Shown here: in pieces, positions 8,601 through 18,156 of the stretch
Position numbering within the stretch: position 1 is the first letter of the stretch
Layout of the letters: the number at the start of each line of letters is the position of its first letter
Source: Nannocystis bainbridge
Lineage (GTDB): Bacteria > Myxococcota_A > Polyangia > Nannocystales > Nannocystaceae
DNA length: 64,000 bases
NCBI RefSeq assembly: GCF_028368995.1
Contig: NZ_JAQNDL010000002.1
Span: 417,724 to 481,723 of the forward strand
Direction: 5' to 3'
Notes under the pieces: model-generated
Database searches by the model: none
Seen by the model: only the letters and a program-made list of their open reading frames with translations
What the model was told of the DNA's origin: nothing
Position numbers and translations under genes: made by a program

Positions 8601-8867
8601 CTCACCGGGCTGTTCGCGCAGGAGGGCGATGGCACGCGGGCGCAGGCGGACGTGGTGAGGCGTGTCGTCCTCGAGTTCGCGCCCTTGCGAAGCTTCGTGA
8701 CGAAGAAGCAGCGATGAAGAGCGAGCGTGGCGGCTCACGATCGGCGATCGGTCGATGTTGACGGGCTTGGTCGTTCGCGCAAAACCAGAGGTGAGGCGCT
8801 CGGGGTCGGGTCGGTTCGGTCGGTGACTCTGTCCCGCGCGGGGCAGCGAACTTCTTGCTCGCCGCGC

Positions 8868-10100
8868 TCAACCCGACACGAACCGACGGATCCACAGGTC
8901 CGTGTCCGAGATGGCGACCGTCTCGAACCCGACGACGACGAAGAACTCGGGCCCGACCGCGACGTCGTAGCCGCGCTCGCTGAACCCGAGTGTCGTGTTG
9001 TCGTACAGTGCCGACCAGCGCGCCGCTCCGTCGCCCTCGAGCCGCGCCATGTAAAGATCCTCTTGCGCCGGACCGTCGCCGACCGACCCGGTCACGAGCA
9101 CCGACCCGTCGAAGTCGGCCGCCACTCCGAGCCCGCCGTACCCGTAATTCGAAGTATCGAGCAGATGCGTCCATCGCTCGCTCCCGTCGGCCGCGATCCT
9201 GCGCGCCGATTTCCCCTGGCTCAGCCATCCAGTCAACACGACGTCGCCTTCCTCGCCGATCGCCGTCACGGCGTGCCATGCCCCCGACGTGCCCGTCTCG
9301 ACCGCGAGCGACTGCAGCGCCCCGGACGCGTCGAACACCGCCGTCAGCGGCCGATCTTTCCCTTCGCCCGGAGGCAGCGCCGCGCCCGCGACGATCAACC
9401 GCCCGTTCGCCTCCGTGAGCCCGTACCCGCGCGTCGATCCCTCGGCCTTCGCCGGCGTCTCCCATACCGGCGCTCCCGAGCCCACGTTGTGCCGTCGCAG
9501 CACCATATGGGTGCCCGTCGAATCATTGAACGCCTCGCCGAGCGAGTACAGGCCCTCGTGCGCGAGCACCAGCGCCGTCACGCTCGAGCTCTCCTCGTCG
9601 GGCGTCGGCACCGAGTATGCCCACACGTCGTTGCCGTCGCGGTCGAGTCGGCGCACGACCCCCAGCCGCGACGCGTCCCACCCCGCGACGAAGATCGCCC
9701 CGTCGTCGCCGACCACGACATCATTGAACACCGCGTCGAGCTCCAGCGCCGCCGCGAACCGTCGCGTCCACAGCTCCGTGCCGTCGGGCGCGAGCACCAG
9801 CACGAGCCCGGCGAAGTTCTCGTCCGCGTCCGTCTCGAGCCCGACCACGACGATCCGCCCTTGCGCGTCGATCGCCACCGCGCGCGCCTCGTCGCGCCCC
9901 CCTGCGGCCCCGCCATGGACGTGCGTCCATTCGACCGCCGGCCCCTCGCACTCTGTCGGACACGCGGGGCCGGTGGTCGGGTCAGCTTCGGTCGTCGAGG
10001 ATGCGTCCGTCGCCGTCGTGTCGCCTGTATCGCCCGGAACGCCGGGGCAGGCTGTCGCGCACAAAAGGAAAGGCAGGGCGAGGATCGATCGCGTCATCAA
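8868..10100 (-). CDS. Beta-propeller repeat lipoprotein (paralog family)
   Basis: Signal MMTRSILALPFLLCATAC. Thr/Asp-rich linker, then blades with repeated VVVG / LWTRRF / VFVAGW motifs as in 2314..3657. Confidence 0.75.
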   Translation of the reverse strand: MMTRSILALPFLLCATACPGVPGDTGDTTATDASSTTEADPTTGPACPTECEGPAVEWTHVHGGAAGGRDEARAVAIDAQGRIVVVGLETDADENFAGLVLVLAPDGTELWTRRFAAALELDAVFNDVVVGDDGAIFVAGWDASRLGVVRRLDRDGNDVWAYSVPTPDEESSSVTALVLAHEGLYSLGEAFNDSTGTHMVLRRHNVGSGAPVWETPAKAEGSTRGYGLTEANGRLIVAGAALPPGEGKDRPLTAVFDASGALQSLAVETGTSGAWHAVTAIGEEGDVVLTGWLSQGKSARRIAADGSERWTHLLDTSNYGYGGLGVAADFDGSVLVTGSVGDGPAQEDLYMARLEGDGAARWSALYDNTTLGFSERGYDVAVGPEFFVVVGFETVAISDTDLWIRRFVSG

Positions 10101-10214
10101 GCTCTCCGCTCGAGCGTGGAGTACCCGGCGAGGCGAGAGAAATTGCGGTGACGGTACAAGTTCCTCGCGCGCGGCGGCGCGCTCGCGCGATGGGCGGCCT
10201 GTCAGCGCTGCCCG

Positions 10215-11624
10215 TCACGACGCGGCAGACCTCGCGGTGATTTCTGCCGGGCCACCTCGTTCAAGGGCGGCTGCGATGAAGTCGTGGATCGTCTGCGCGA
10301 TCGATGGATCGAAGTACATGCTGTAGTGGTCGCCGTCAGGCAGCACGAGGCTCGATGCGTGGGGGATCGCGGCGCCGATCGCCGCGGCTGCGGCCGGGTG
10401 AGCGACCTCGTCTGCGGCGCCGGTCATGACCAGGGTCGGCGCGGTGATCGAGGGCGGCGGACCGCTCGCGCTCTCGGCGAAGAACTCGCGCAGCAGGAGC
10501 GCATAGCGGTGCAGCGCGACCGGGCTGCGGAACGGCATGCTCGCCAGGTGGACGAGCGAAGGGTCGATCTCCCCGAGCACGTGAGAGACCTGGTCGCGCG
10601 CCTCCCCGTCGCGCTCGCCGCCGCCGCCGAACACGACGTGGTGCACGTGGATGAATCGTCGCACGCCGAGGGTCACTGCCAGATCGAGCACATTGCAGGT
10701 CCCGCCGAAGTTGTGCTCGAAGATCATGCTGCGCTGGCGGGCCTCGAAGCTCAGGCTGGCGGCGAAGTGCCACGCGCTGGTCGGCACGCCGCGGCCCACC
10801 GGACGGACCGTGAGGTCGACGCCGCAGCCCGCCTGGCTGCGGCGCTCGGGCGCGGCCGCCGGCTCGATCATCCGCCGCGGCAATGGGGCGACAGCGCACA
10901 GGTACGCGACCTCGTGCTCGTCGATCAGTGCCAGCAATCGTGCGGGCAAGTAGAACGGCGCGGTGTAGAGCCGCACCGTGGCGCCTTGGGCGAGCGGGAA
11001 GAAGATTTCGAGCAACGACACGTCGAAGAACAGCGGCGCGGTGTTGAGGCAGCGCGCGCCGGCCTCGACCGGGTAGTACGCGACGATGTCGCGGAAGAAC
11101 GCGGCCACGTTGGCGTGGGAGATCCGCACGCCCTTCGGGGCGCCCGTCGAGCCCGAGGTGAAGAGGCAATAGGCGTCGCGCTCTGGCTCGGGACCACGGC
11201 GAGGCGCCGCATCATCATCCTCGGCGAGCGTCGCGGTCAGCTCGGCGTCGGCCGCGACGCAGACGACCCCGGGCGCCGCGTCGGCGACCAGCGCTCGCAG
11301 CTCGGGTCGCACGACGGCGTCGCCCGGGGCGATGCGCCCGAGCAGGAGCCGGAGACGGGCCGGCGGCAGCGACGGGTCGAGCGGCACTGTCACGACCCCG
11401 GCCAGCCAGGCGCCGAGCATCGCCGTGACGACGTCGATGGATTTGTCGGCGACGATCACCAGCGGACCGCCGCCGAGCCGCGCCGCGAACGAGCGCGCCC
11501 GCCGGACGAGCGCGCCGTAGGTGACCGAGGCGCGGTCGTCGATGAGCGCGATGCGCTCGGGGCTGGCGGCCGCGTGCGCTGCGATCGCGTCGGTCGCCAG
11601 CGCTGCGGGGTCAGACGCGCGCAT
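10215..11624 (-). CDS. Atypical chimera: ANL-superfamily adenylation domain N-terminal half (A1-A4 motifs only) fused in-frame to an alpha/beta-hydrolase-like C-terminal region. Possibly a decayed or rearranged gene
   Basis: N-terminal portion has ERIALIDDRASVTYGALVRRARSFAARL (A1/A2 region), LFTSGSTGAPKGV (A3) and FFDVSLLEIFFPLAQGATV (A4). A5-A10 are missing. The C-terminal ~180 aa (TLVMTGAADEV...LPDGDHYSMYF...IHDFI) look like an alpha/beta-hydrolase C-terminus with the catalytic His region, but no clear GxSxG nucleophile elbow. Single uninterrupted frame of 469 aa. Confidence 0.5.
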   Translation of the reverse strand: MRASDPAALATDAIAAHAAASPERIALIDDRASVTYGALVRRARSFAARLGGGPLVIVADKSIDVVTAMLGAWLAGVVTVPLDPSLPPARLRLLLGRIAPGDAVVRPELRALVADAAPGVVCVAADAELTATLAEDDDAAPRRGPEPERDAYCLFTSGSTGAPKGVRISHANVAAFFRDIVAYYPVEAGARCLNTAPLFFDVSLLEIFFPLAQGATVRLYTAPFYLPARLLALIDEHEVAYLCAVAPLPRRMIEPAAAPERRSQAGCGVDLTVRPVGRGVPTSAWHFAASLSFEARQRSMIFEHNFGGTCNVLDLAVTLGVRRFIHVHHVVFGGGGERDGEARDQVSHVLGEIDPSLVHLASMPFRSPVALHRYALLLREFFAESASGPPPSITAPTLVMTGAADEVAHPAAAAAIGAAIPHASSLVLPDGDHYSMYFDPSIAQTIHDFIAAALERGGPAEITARSAAS

Positions 11625-11850
11625 GGACCCACGCCGTGAGGCTGTCGAGGCTGCGCAGCGCCGCGAAGTCGTCGGCGCCGCCGCCGAATGCCAGGCCGAA
11701 GCGTCGCTCGAGGCGCGCGAGGAACTCGATCACCTCGAGCGAGTCGAAGCCTGCCGCGCCGAGCAGGTCGGCGTCATCGGCGATCGTCAGGTCGGGGACA
11801 TGCTTGATGTCGCGGATATCCGCGACGATGGTGCTCTTGATGTGCATCAT
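11611..11850 (-). CDS. Stand-alone acyl/peptidyl carrier protein
   Basis: GFDSLEVIEFLARLERRFGL is a canonical phosphopantetheine attachment site (DSL). 79 aa. SD GAGGGAA upstream of ATG. 3' end overlaps the start of the adenylation-like gene by 14 nt. Confidence 0.85.
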   Translation of the reverse strand: MMHIKSTIVADIRDIKHVPDLTIADDADLLGAAGFDSLEVIEFLARLERRFGLAFGGGADDFAALRSLDSLTAWVHARV

Positions 11851-11880
11851 GGTTCCCTCGTTTAGGAGTGCGGACAGGGG

Positions 11881-12942
11881 TCAGGCGGACAGAGGCTCGC
11901 GGGCGAGGCCCTCGAGGTAGCGGTGCGAGGTCTCCAGGCGGTACAGCGCTCCGATTGCGACCGGGCGCCGGACGTCGGGAGCCTCGACCAGCGGCGAGAT
12001 CACCTGATTGAGCCAGCCGCTCGCGTGCTGCGCGTCCATGCGGATGTGCAGGCGGTGGTACTCGAGGCCCTGCTCGCTCAGCCCATTGCGCCGCCAGCCG
12101 GTGACGATGTGTTGAAACCGGTCCGGAACCAGATACTCGGTCACCGCGTAGTAACCGATGGCCTTGTGGAAGTGCCGGCGGTGCAGGGCGAGCAGCACGG
12201 ACAGGTTGCCGCACACCAGCGATTCGAGCGACGCGGCGCCGTCGAGGTCGGCTTCGTCGATGCCGACATCCGCGAGCGCCTGCGTGAACAGGACGGTGTG
12301 GGTCGCCGCGAGCGTGCCGTTGCCGATCTCGTCCCAGAAGTTGCGACCGATCTCCAGCTTGACCCCGCCGCTGGTGCCGAGCTGCAACAGCGCGAGGATG
12401 TCGTCGAGGCGCGCGTCGATCGTGCTCTCATCGACGAAGAACCGCCGCAGGTCGGCGAGCCCGGCCCGCTGCGCCAGGAAATCGGTGTAGTACGGGTGCT
12501 TGTAGGCGGGGTGGGCGTGGATCAGCCGGGTCAACCACCGGCGGAACGCGCCTGGCTCGCGCGGCATGTCGTCCAGCGGCGAGAGGTCGATGGAGCGCTC
12601 GAGGTCCGCGAGGAACGCCCGCTCCGCGAACCCGGCGATGTCGGCGAGGATGCCCGCGAACTGCGGGTGTGCGCGTCCGGGCTTGGGGATCTTCAGGTGG
12701 AGGTCGTAGAGCGCGTGCAGCACCCGATGCAGCTCGAGCGCGTAGCCCGGGTCGCCCGCCGCCTTGTCGCACACCTGCGCGGTCAGCCGGAGCAAGGCGT
12801 CGCGCCGCTCGGCGTCGGCGAACAAACCACCGAGCTCGTCGGCGTCGAGGCGCAACAGCTCGCGGACGACGGTGGTCAGCGGCCCCGGCCCGGTCTGCAT
12901 CGAGCGCGCCGGCTCGAGCGCGCGCAGTAGTTCGAGGCTCAT
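11881..12942 (-). CDS. Heme-oxygenase-like iron-containing redox enzyme family protein (Haem_oxygenas_2 / HDO-type diiron fold)
   Basis: HPYYTDFLAQRAGLADLRRFFVDES...KLEIGRNFWDEIGNGTLAATHTVLF...HFHKAIGYYAVTEYLVPDRF: Glu/His-bearing helices typical of the PqqC/CADD/UndA-like iron-containing redox enzyme family. Sits 30 bp upstream of the carrier protein gene on the same strand. Confidence 0.7.
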   Translation of the reverse strand: MSLELLRALEPARSMQTGPGPLTTVVRELLRLDADELGGLFADAERRDALLRLTAQVCDKAAGDPGYALELHRVLHALYDLHLKIPKPGRAHPQFAGILADIAGFAERAFLADLERSIDLSPLDDMPREPGAFRRWLTRLIHAHPAYKHPYYTDFLAQRAGLADLRRFFVDESTIDARLDDILALLQLGTSGGVKLEIGRNFWDEIGNGTLAATHTVLFTQALADVGIDEADLDGAASLESLVCGNLSVLLALHRRHFHKAIGYYAVTEYLVPDRFQHIVTGWRRNGLSEQGLEYHRLHIRMDAQHASGWLNQVISPLVEAPDVRRPVAIGALYRLETSHRYLEGLAREPLSA

Positions 12943-13289
12943 GACAACACCGCCATCCGCTCGGAGACGATGGCCATCGCGTCGACCTCGAACCACGCGG
13001 TGTCATGTGTGCGGGTTTTATGGGGAACAATCATCATACAAGCGCGCGCTTTCGTGATTTGTCAGGACTTGCGGCCGCACGAGTCATCGTGCTTCGGCCT
13101 CGCCGCGGCAACCTAACAGGGCGGGGCCGGGCCGAAATTGCATCCGAATTACACGAATGCAGGCTCGAAATTATCTCCCGGATCCGGACTCACCGCATCG
13201 TCAGACGCGCGCGCACAGTAGGGTGGGGGGCGTCCAGCGGCCGGAGACGGGTCCGCGCCCACCGTGTGAGTGCGCTACACATGAGGCGC

Positions 13290-13543
13290 CGTTGAACGAG
13301 CGTCTGGAGCAGGCCGGCGTGCCGCTGCTCGCCGTGTTCGGCGAGCAGGACCAGATCTACGCCGCACACGAGGCTTTGCGAGCCTACGCGAAGGTCACGG
13401 GGTCCCAGACCCGGCTCATCCCGGACGCGGGCCACGCTCCGAACGTCGAGCAACCGAGGGTGCTGGCGCAACTGATCCTGGCCTTCTCGGCCCCGGCGGA
13501 CCCCGGCGGCGAACGACGCCATGAAGAGCGGTCCAGTCGGTGA
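13290..13543 (+). pseudogene. C-terminal fragment of an alpha/beta hydrolase (remnant)
   Basis: LEQAGVPLLAVFGEQDQIYAAHEALRAYAKVTGSQTRLIPDAGHAPNVEQPRVLAQLILAF is a typical hydrolase C-terminus with catalytic-His motif. No N-terminal nucleophile-containing half upstream. The preceding 300 bp are low-GC non-coding. Confidence 0.4.
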
Positions 13544-13876
13544 GACGGGCGTGAGACCGGGGTGATCGTCGCGCTCGGCGGGGTGAACCCGTACTACGAT
13601 GATTGCCGCTCGGGCTTGCTGTGATTCAGCGCCAACCTCGACTCGGACTCGCGTTCGGGCAGCTCAGCAGCCATCGGGACGAGGTCGGCGTGTCGAGCAT
13701 GGCATCGGCGCTCGACCTCGCACGCTCCAGTCAGGGTCGACCGTGTCGCAGTAAGAGATCGATCGCGTCGAGCCTGTCACCGGCGAGATCGACAGCGTCG
13801 CAGTCCGTCGTCCGTCTCGTCCTCGCCTGTCCCTCGGGACAGCACGTGCCCGTCCAGGACCTGTTAGCATGGGCCC

Positions 13877-14908
13877 GTGACCGACGAACACTGCGCGGAC
13901 GCTGTCCAGATCCTCTCGCTCCGCGAGGTAGTGCGCAAACGGCCCGCCATGTACGTCGGGGGGACCGACGAGGGGACTGGCCCGTTGCACCTCCTGCTGG
14001 ACGTCCTCGCCGGTGCCGTCGAGCTGGCCGTGCGCGGTCGCTGCACCCGCATCGACATCGTCGTCGAGGCCGACGACCACATCACTGTCGCCGACGACGG
14101 CCCCGGCATCCCGGCGGCCGCGCTCGTCGACCTCCTCGAGGTCCCCGCGGGCCGGACCCGCGGCGAACTCACGTTCCTCTGCTCCGACCTGCCGCTCGCC
14201 GTCGCCCTGTGCGACCCCCTCGAGATCGACACCGTCCACGCCGGCGAGCAGGCGAGCGTGGTCTATGCCGCCGGCTTGCAGCGCGCTCCCGTGCGGGTGG
14301 CCCCTGCCGCACGGTCGTCGGGTACCCGGATCCGCTTCCGCCCCGATCCGCACATCTTCCAGTGCACGCGTGTCCCGCGGGCCGAGGCGGCGCGGCGCCT
14401 CGCCGACCTCGCGTTCGTCCTCCCCGCGGTGTCGCTGTCGTGGACGTTCGCCGAGCCCCGCGTAGCGAACCTCGCCGATCGCGTGCGTGTCGAAGTCGGG
14501 GCCTCGCCTTTCGGTGTTGCCCACCACCATGGCGCCTACGGCACCGGCGAGCGTCCGATCGCCGTCGAAGTCGCCCTCGCCTGGCGCGCCGAGCCGCGCG
14601 GACGGCCGCCGCAGATTCATGCCTTCGCCAACCTCCGGCCGAGCGCGGGCGGCCAGCACGTCCTCGGCGTCGCGGCGGGCGTGCGCCGGTTCCTGAAGGC
14701 CCGCGGCGACCGCGGCCTCCACGACCTCGTCGCCGCCGTCGCCGTGCAGCTCACCGACCCCCGATTCCGCGGAGCGTCGCAGAGCGTGCTGCTAGACGCA
14801 GGGGTGCGTGCCGCCGTCAAGCAGGCGACCCTGATCGCCTTGATGTCCTGGGCCGTGCGCGACCCGGAGGCCGTCGAAGCGCTGCATCGCCGTACGCGGG
14901 CCCGCTGA
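13877..14908 (+). CDS. GyrB-like GHKL ATPase domain protein (short stand-alone homolog of DNA gyrase B N-terminus)
   Basis: ILSLREVVRKRPAMYVGGTDEGTGPLHLLLDVLAGAVELAVRG...DIVVEADDHITVADDGPGIP aligns with the GyrB N-terminal Bergerat ATP-binding fold (LEAVRKRPGMYIG...HLV.EVVDN...DNGRGIP). Only 343 aa, so the Toprim and C-terminal domains are absent. GTG start. Confidence 0.65.
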   Translation: MTDEHCADAVQILSLREVVRKRPAMYVGGTDEGTGPLHLLLDVLAGAVELAVRGRCTRIDIVVEADDHITVADDGPGIPAAALVDLLEVPAGRTRGELTFLCSDLPLAVALCDPLEIDTVHAGEQASVVYAAGLQRAPVRVAPAARSSGTRIRFRPDPHIFQCTRVPRAEAARRLADLAFVLPAVSLSWTFAEPRVANLADRVRVEVGASPFGVAHHHGAYGTGERPIAVEVALAWRAEPRGRPPQIHAFANLRPSAGGQHVLGVAAGVRRFLKARGDRGLHDLVAAVAVQLTDPRFRGASQSVLLDAGVRAAVKQATLIALMSWAVRDPEAVEALHRRTRAR

Positions 14909-15037
14909 CCGCCGTGACCCGAACACGCAGAGGGGGTAGGACGGGTGGCTGACGTCGAGCAGGTCACTGATGTGGGGATCGATTCGTCGATCTCGAAGCG
15001 GGCGCCGCCCTTGAAGCATTGGACGAGCGCATGGACG

Positions 15038-15676
15038 TCATTGGTGAGGAACGGGATCTCGTCGGGGCTGCGCCCGCAGCTGCTCGTAAAGCCGCTCGCT
15101 CGGGGTCGGACCCTCGGGCACCGGGTCCGGTTGGCCGGGCAGGGCCTCGTGTACGTTCATGGAGCCCGTCGCCTCGTACCACGTATGGAAGTCGAGGACC
15201 TCGACCTGCCCGCCGCGCACCCGGAGCTGGCCCGCGCTGGTGGTGAGGCGCTCGTGTCCGCCATCGGCGCTCGTCCCGAGGACCATGACCACGATTTCAA
15301 CGTACCCGTCTGGCAGCCGCGGCATGGCGATCTGCCACGGCCGAGCGGTGGACAGGCCGGGTACCCGGACCTCGGGGCCGAGGACCGCCGGGACAAGCTC
15401 CTCGCCGCGCCCATCGACGATCATCATGCCCGTGGCGAACACGAGGTCGCTGTCGGTGTTGTTGGTGATCTCGGAGGTCACGGCGGAGGCGGTGATCACG
15501 GAGCACATCACGAGCTCGGATTGTGCGCCGGTGCAGGCGTGCGCGAGCTTGAGGCTCGCCGCGCATAACGGCTCGTCGACGGGCTGGACCAGCGGGGGCT
15601 CCGGCGCCGGTCGCCGCATGCACGCAGCGAACGCGACGAGGACGAAGATCGCACACGTATCCGGGCGCCAGAGCAT
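15038..15676 (-). CDS. Hypothetical lipoprotein
   Basis: MLWRPDTCAIFVLVAFAAC signal/lipobox. 212 aa with non-artefact composition. Confidence 0.5.
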   Translation of the reverse strand: MLWRPDTCAIFVLVAFAACMRRPAPEPPLVQPVDEPLCAASLKLAHACTGAQSELVMCSVITASAVTSEITNNTDSDLVFATGMMIVDGRGEELVPAVLGPEVRVPGLSTARPWQIAMPRLPDGYVEIVVMVLGTSADGGHERLTTSAGQLRVRGGQVEVLDFHTWYEATGSMNVHEALPGQPDPVPEGPTPSERLYEQLRAQPRRDPVPHQ

Positions 15677-15789
15677 CGTCGACCTACTTCGCACGCGGCG
15701 AAGCTGATGGTCAATCGCCGCAGCTCACGGTCGCTGGCGCGCCAGCGCTCGGACATCGCAGCAACGAGTCGTGTTCGCGGTCGGCATCG

Positions 15790-16050
15790 ATGCTCTCGAT
15801 CGCCTCCGCTCGCGGCTCATTCCAACTCCGCTGGAGGATGCTCAAGGCGACGCTGCTTATGGTCCTGGACTCGCTGCGGAGTGACCGGATGTTCTGCGAG
15901 CAGCTCGACCACAATCTCCTGTTCCGCTGGTTTCTCGCCATGGACATGAGGGAGGACGCGTCCCACCCGACGACGTTCACGAAGAACCGCGAGCGACTCA
16001 GGGTCCACGAGCACGTGCTGATGGGGAACCGCGACGGGCTCATCGTCGGC
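15790..16050 (+). mobile_element. IS5-family transposase N-terminal fragment (DUF772/InsH-N-like). IS remnant without DDE domain
   Basis: LLMVLDSLRSDRMFCEQLDHNLLFRWFLAMDM...DASHPTTFTKNRERL matches the conserved N-terminal transposase domain of IS5/IS1182 elements. The frame then degenerates and no DDE catalytic region follows. Confidence 0.6.
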
Positions 16051-16143
16051 ATGTGCATCAAGCCCGGCGCGGGAGGCCGACTGCAGCTTCGCGCGTGCGG
16101 GCGCTGGGGCCGGGCGATCGGCACGTCATGATACGCTGCGCCG

Positions 16144-18156
16144 ATGTTCGCTCGGCCCGCGCCCCGTGGCTCTCTCCTCGTCGCGCTGGCGCTCCTCGCC
16201 GGCGGGCCGGCCTGCAAGGACCCCCAGCAGCCGGAGTCGGCAGTGAGCGCGGCCAGCGAGCCCGCCCCCGCGGCGCTCGTCGACGAGCACTTCCGCTTCC
16301 GCATCGACTGGCCCGGCGCGGGCTGGACAATGCTGTCGCGCGACGAGGCGCGGCAGCTCGCCCCGAGCGCGGTCGCCGGGGCTCGCCACGCCTCGGGCGT
16401 GTCCGCGATCGTCCTCGTCAAGTTCGCGCCTGGGCTGACCGTCGACGCGTACGCCGAGAGGCTGCTGCCGACGCTGCTCGACGGCAGGGTCGAGCTGGAG
16501 TCGCGCGAGGTCGTGACGTTCGCCGGCCAGGACGCGCGCCGGATCGTCTACGTCGGTGAGAAAGACGGCCTCACCTACCGCTGGATCTACACCGGCTTCG
16601 TGCGCCAGGACCACGCTTACTGCATCTATGGCTCGGGACTCGCGCACGCGGTGTCACTGCCGGCGCTCGAGCCGTTGCTGCGCGCCTTCTCGCTGCTGCC
16701 CGGGGAGATATCCGCTCCGCCGGTCGTGGCGACGGCCGACCAGCGCGGGCCCGGCTGGCGCGTCCGGGGCGGCGTGTTCGAGAGCGCGGTGTCGGGGCTG
16801 CGCGTCGCGCCGCCGCCGGGCTGGCGGCTGCTCGTCGGCGACGAGCTGATGCGCATGAACCCCGACGCCGAGGTCGGCCTCCAGACGGAGGGGCTCGGCG
16901 CCCAGCTCGTCGTCGTCCCCGAGCGCTTCCGCGGCGACGCGGCGACCTACCGCACGCGGATCCACGGCATGTGGATGGACGATCGCACGACGTCGCCCCT
17001 CGACCCGTGGACGGTCGAGCTCGCCGGCGAGCCGGTCGCGCTCCTGCGCGTCGCCGACGATCGGCTCGAGTACGCGGTCGGCACCCGCGTGGCTGACGGC
17101 TTTGGGCTGCAATTCGCGGCCTCGTATCCGCCCGCGCCGGGCGAAGCGGCGCGCGCCGGGCTCGACGAGGCGTTCGCCGCGGTCGCGCTGGTGGACCCGA
17201 CCGCCCGTGCCACGCTGGGCGAGGAGCTGGCGGCGCTGGGAGACCCTCAGAGCGACATCGGCTCGCGGCACAGCCTGCGCGGCGGGGTCTTCCGCGACTT
17301 CGCGGCGCGCGTCGTCTGGCGCGCGCCGCCGGGCTTCTGGCGCCTGATCGCCCGCGACGACCCCGAATCGCCCGACCGCGAGGTACTGGAGTTCGAGCAC
17401 CCGGCGAGCGGGCTGTGGGGCGGCCTCGTCGTCGCCGAGCGCCCGGGCGTCGACCCGGACGCGTGGCACGCGGAGCGCGTCGCGGAGCGCGGCGGCGTCG
17501 CTACGCACGTGAAGGGCCTCGCGCTCGGGCGCGGCGCGGCCCGGTTCGCGCGCGTGACGATCGCCCACGAGGGGATCGAGGTCGCGTACACGATCGCGAC
17601 CGCCGTCCACGGCGACGCGGCGATCGAGCTGTCGACGCAAGCGTTTGCGAGCGAGCTCGGGCAGGTCGAGGCCGAGCTGGGCCGGGTGTTCGCCGGCCTC
17701 GAGCTCGCGCCGGCGCTACCGATGTCGCGGCAGGACGGCGGCGAGCACGTCGACGAGCGCCGCGGCTTCGCCGTGCGAGTGCCGGCCGGCTGGGAACTCG
17801 CCGAGGAGAAGTTCGGCGACGGCGGTGACGGAGTCGACATGGCGCAGTGGCGCCGCGGCTTCCAGACCTTCCTCGTCATGGTCCTCGACTCCGGTCAGGG
17901 CCCGCTGACCGCTGAGTACGGGCGCAAGCTCTCCGTGCAGTCGATGCGCAAGCTGTTCTCACAGGACGCCGGCGAGCCCCGCGAGACGGTGACGACGCTC
18001 GCCGGCGCCCCGGCCGAGCGCCTGTCGTGGACGGGCGGCCCGGGCGGCGTCGAGCTGGTGACGGCGACGTTCGCCGAGCGCATATACTTGATCGTCGCCG
18101 AGAACCTCGAGCCCGCCGAGTTCGAGGCGACGCTCGCCAGCTTCCGGGCGCTGTGA
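16144..18156 (+). CDS. Large hypothetical lipoprotein (670 aa)
   Basis: Signal LLVALALLAGGPAC. Long non-artefact ORF with internally repeated ~150-aa modules (WRxxxGxFE/WRLL... recurring). No family recognised. Confidence 0.7.
   Translation: MFARPAPRGSLLVALALLAGGPACKDPQQPESAVSAASEPAPAALVDEHFRFRIDWPGAGWTMLSRDEARQLAPSAVAGARHASGVSAIVLVKFAPGLTVDAYAERLLPTLLDGRVELESREVVTFAGQDARRIVYVGEKDGLTYRWIYTGFVRQDHAYCIYGSGLAHAVSLPALEPLLRAFSLLPGEISAPPVVATADQRGPGWRVRGGVFESAVSGLRVAPPPGWRLLVGDELMRMNPDAEVGLQTEGLGAQLVVVPERFRGDAATYRTRIHGMWMDDRTTSPLDPWTVELAGEPVALLRVADDRLEYAVGTRVADGFGLQFAASYPPAPGEAARAGLDEAFAAVALVDPTARATLGEELAALGDPQSDIGSRHSLRGGVFRDFAARVVWRAPPGFWRLIARDDPESPDREVLEFEHPASGLWGGLVVAERPGVDPDAWHAERVAERGGVATHVKGLALGRGAARFARVTIAHEGIEVAYTIATAVHGDAAIELSTQAFASELGQVEAELGRVFAGLELAPALPMSRQDGGEHVDERRGFAVRVPAGWELAEEKFGDGGDGVDMAQWRRGFQTFLVMVLDSGQGPLTAEYGRKLSVQSMRKLFSQDAGEPRETVTTLAGAPAERLSWTGGPGGVELVTATFAERIYLIVAENLEPAEFEATLASFRAL

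Noticed and set aside
8502-8717. 72-aa ORF (MVTVLYDSVEIEFLNHWKYEGKSD...) divergent from merR with an adjacent GGGAGG
   Set aside because: The SD abuts the ATG with no spacer. The Phe/Leu/Asn/Lys-rich start is simply the translation of the AT-rich promoter island. More likely this is regulatory DNA than a gene. Kept only as a regulatory feature.
13120-13170. Short inverted repeat TGCAT-N13-ATGCA in the low-GC segment upstream of the HDO gene
   Set aside because: Only 5-bp arms. Not distinguishable from chance.
13603-14952. 449-aa plus-strand ORF and antisense 13664..14722 overlapping the gyrB-like gene
   Set aside because: Arg/Pro-rich artefact composition. The gyrB-like frame carries real conserved motifs.
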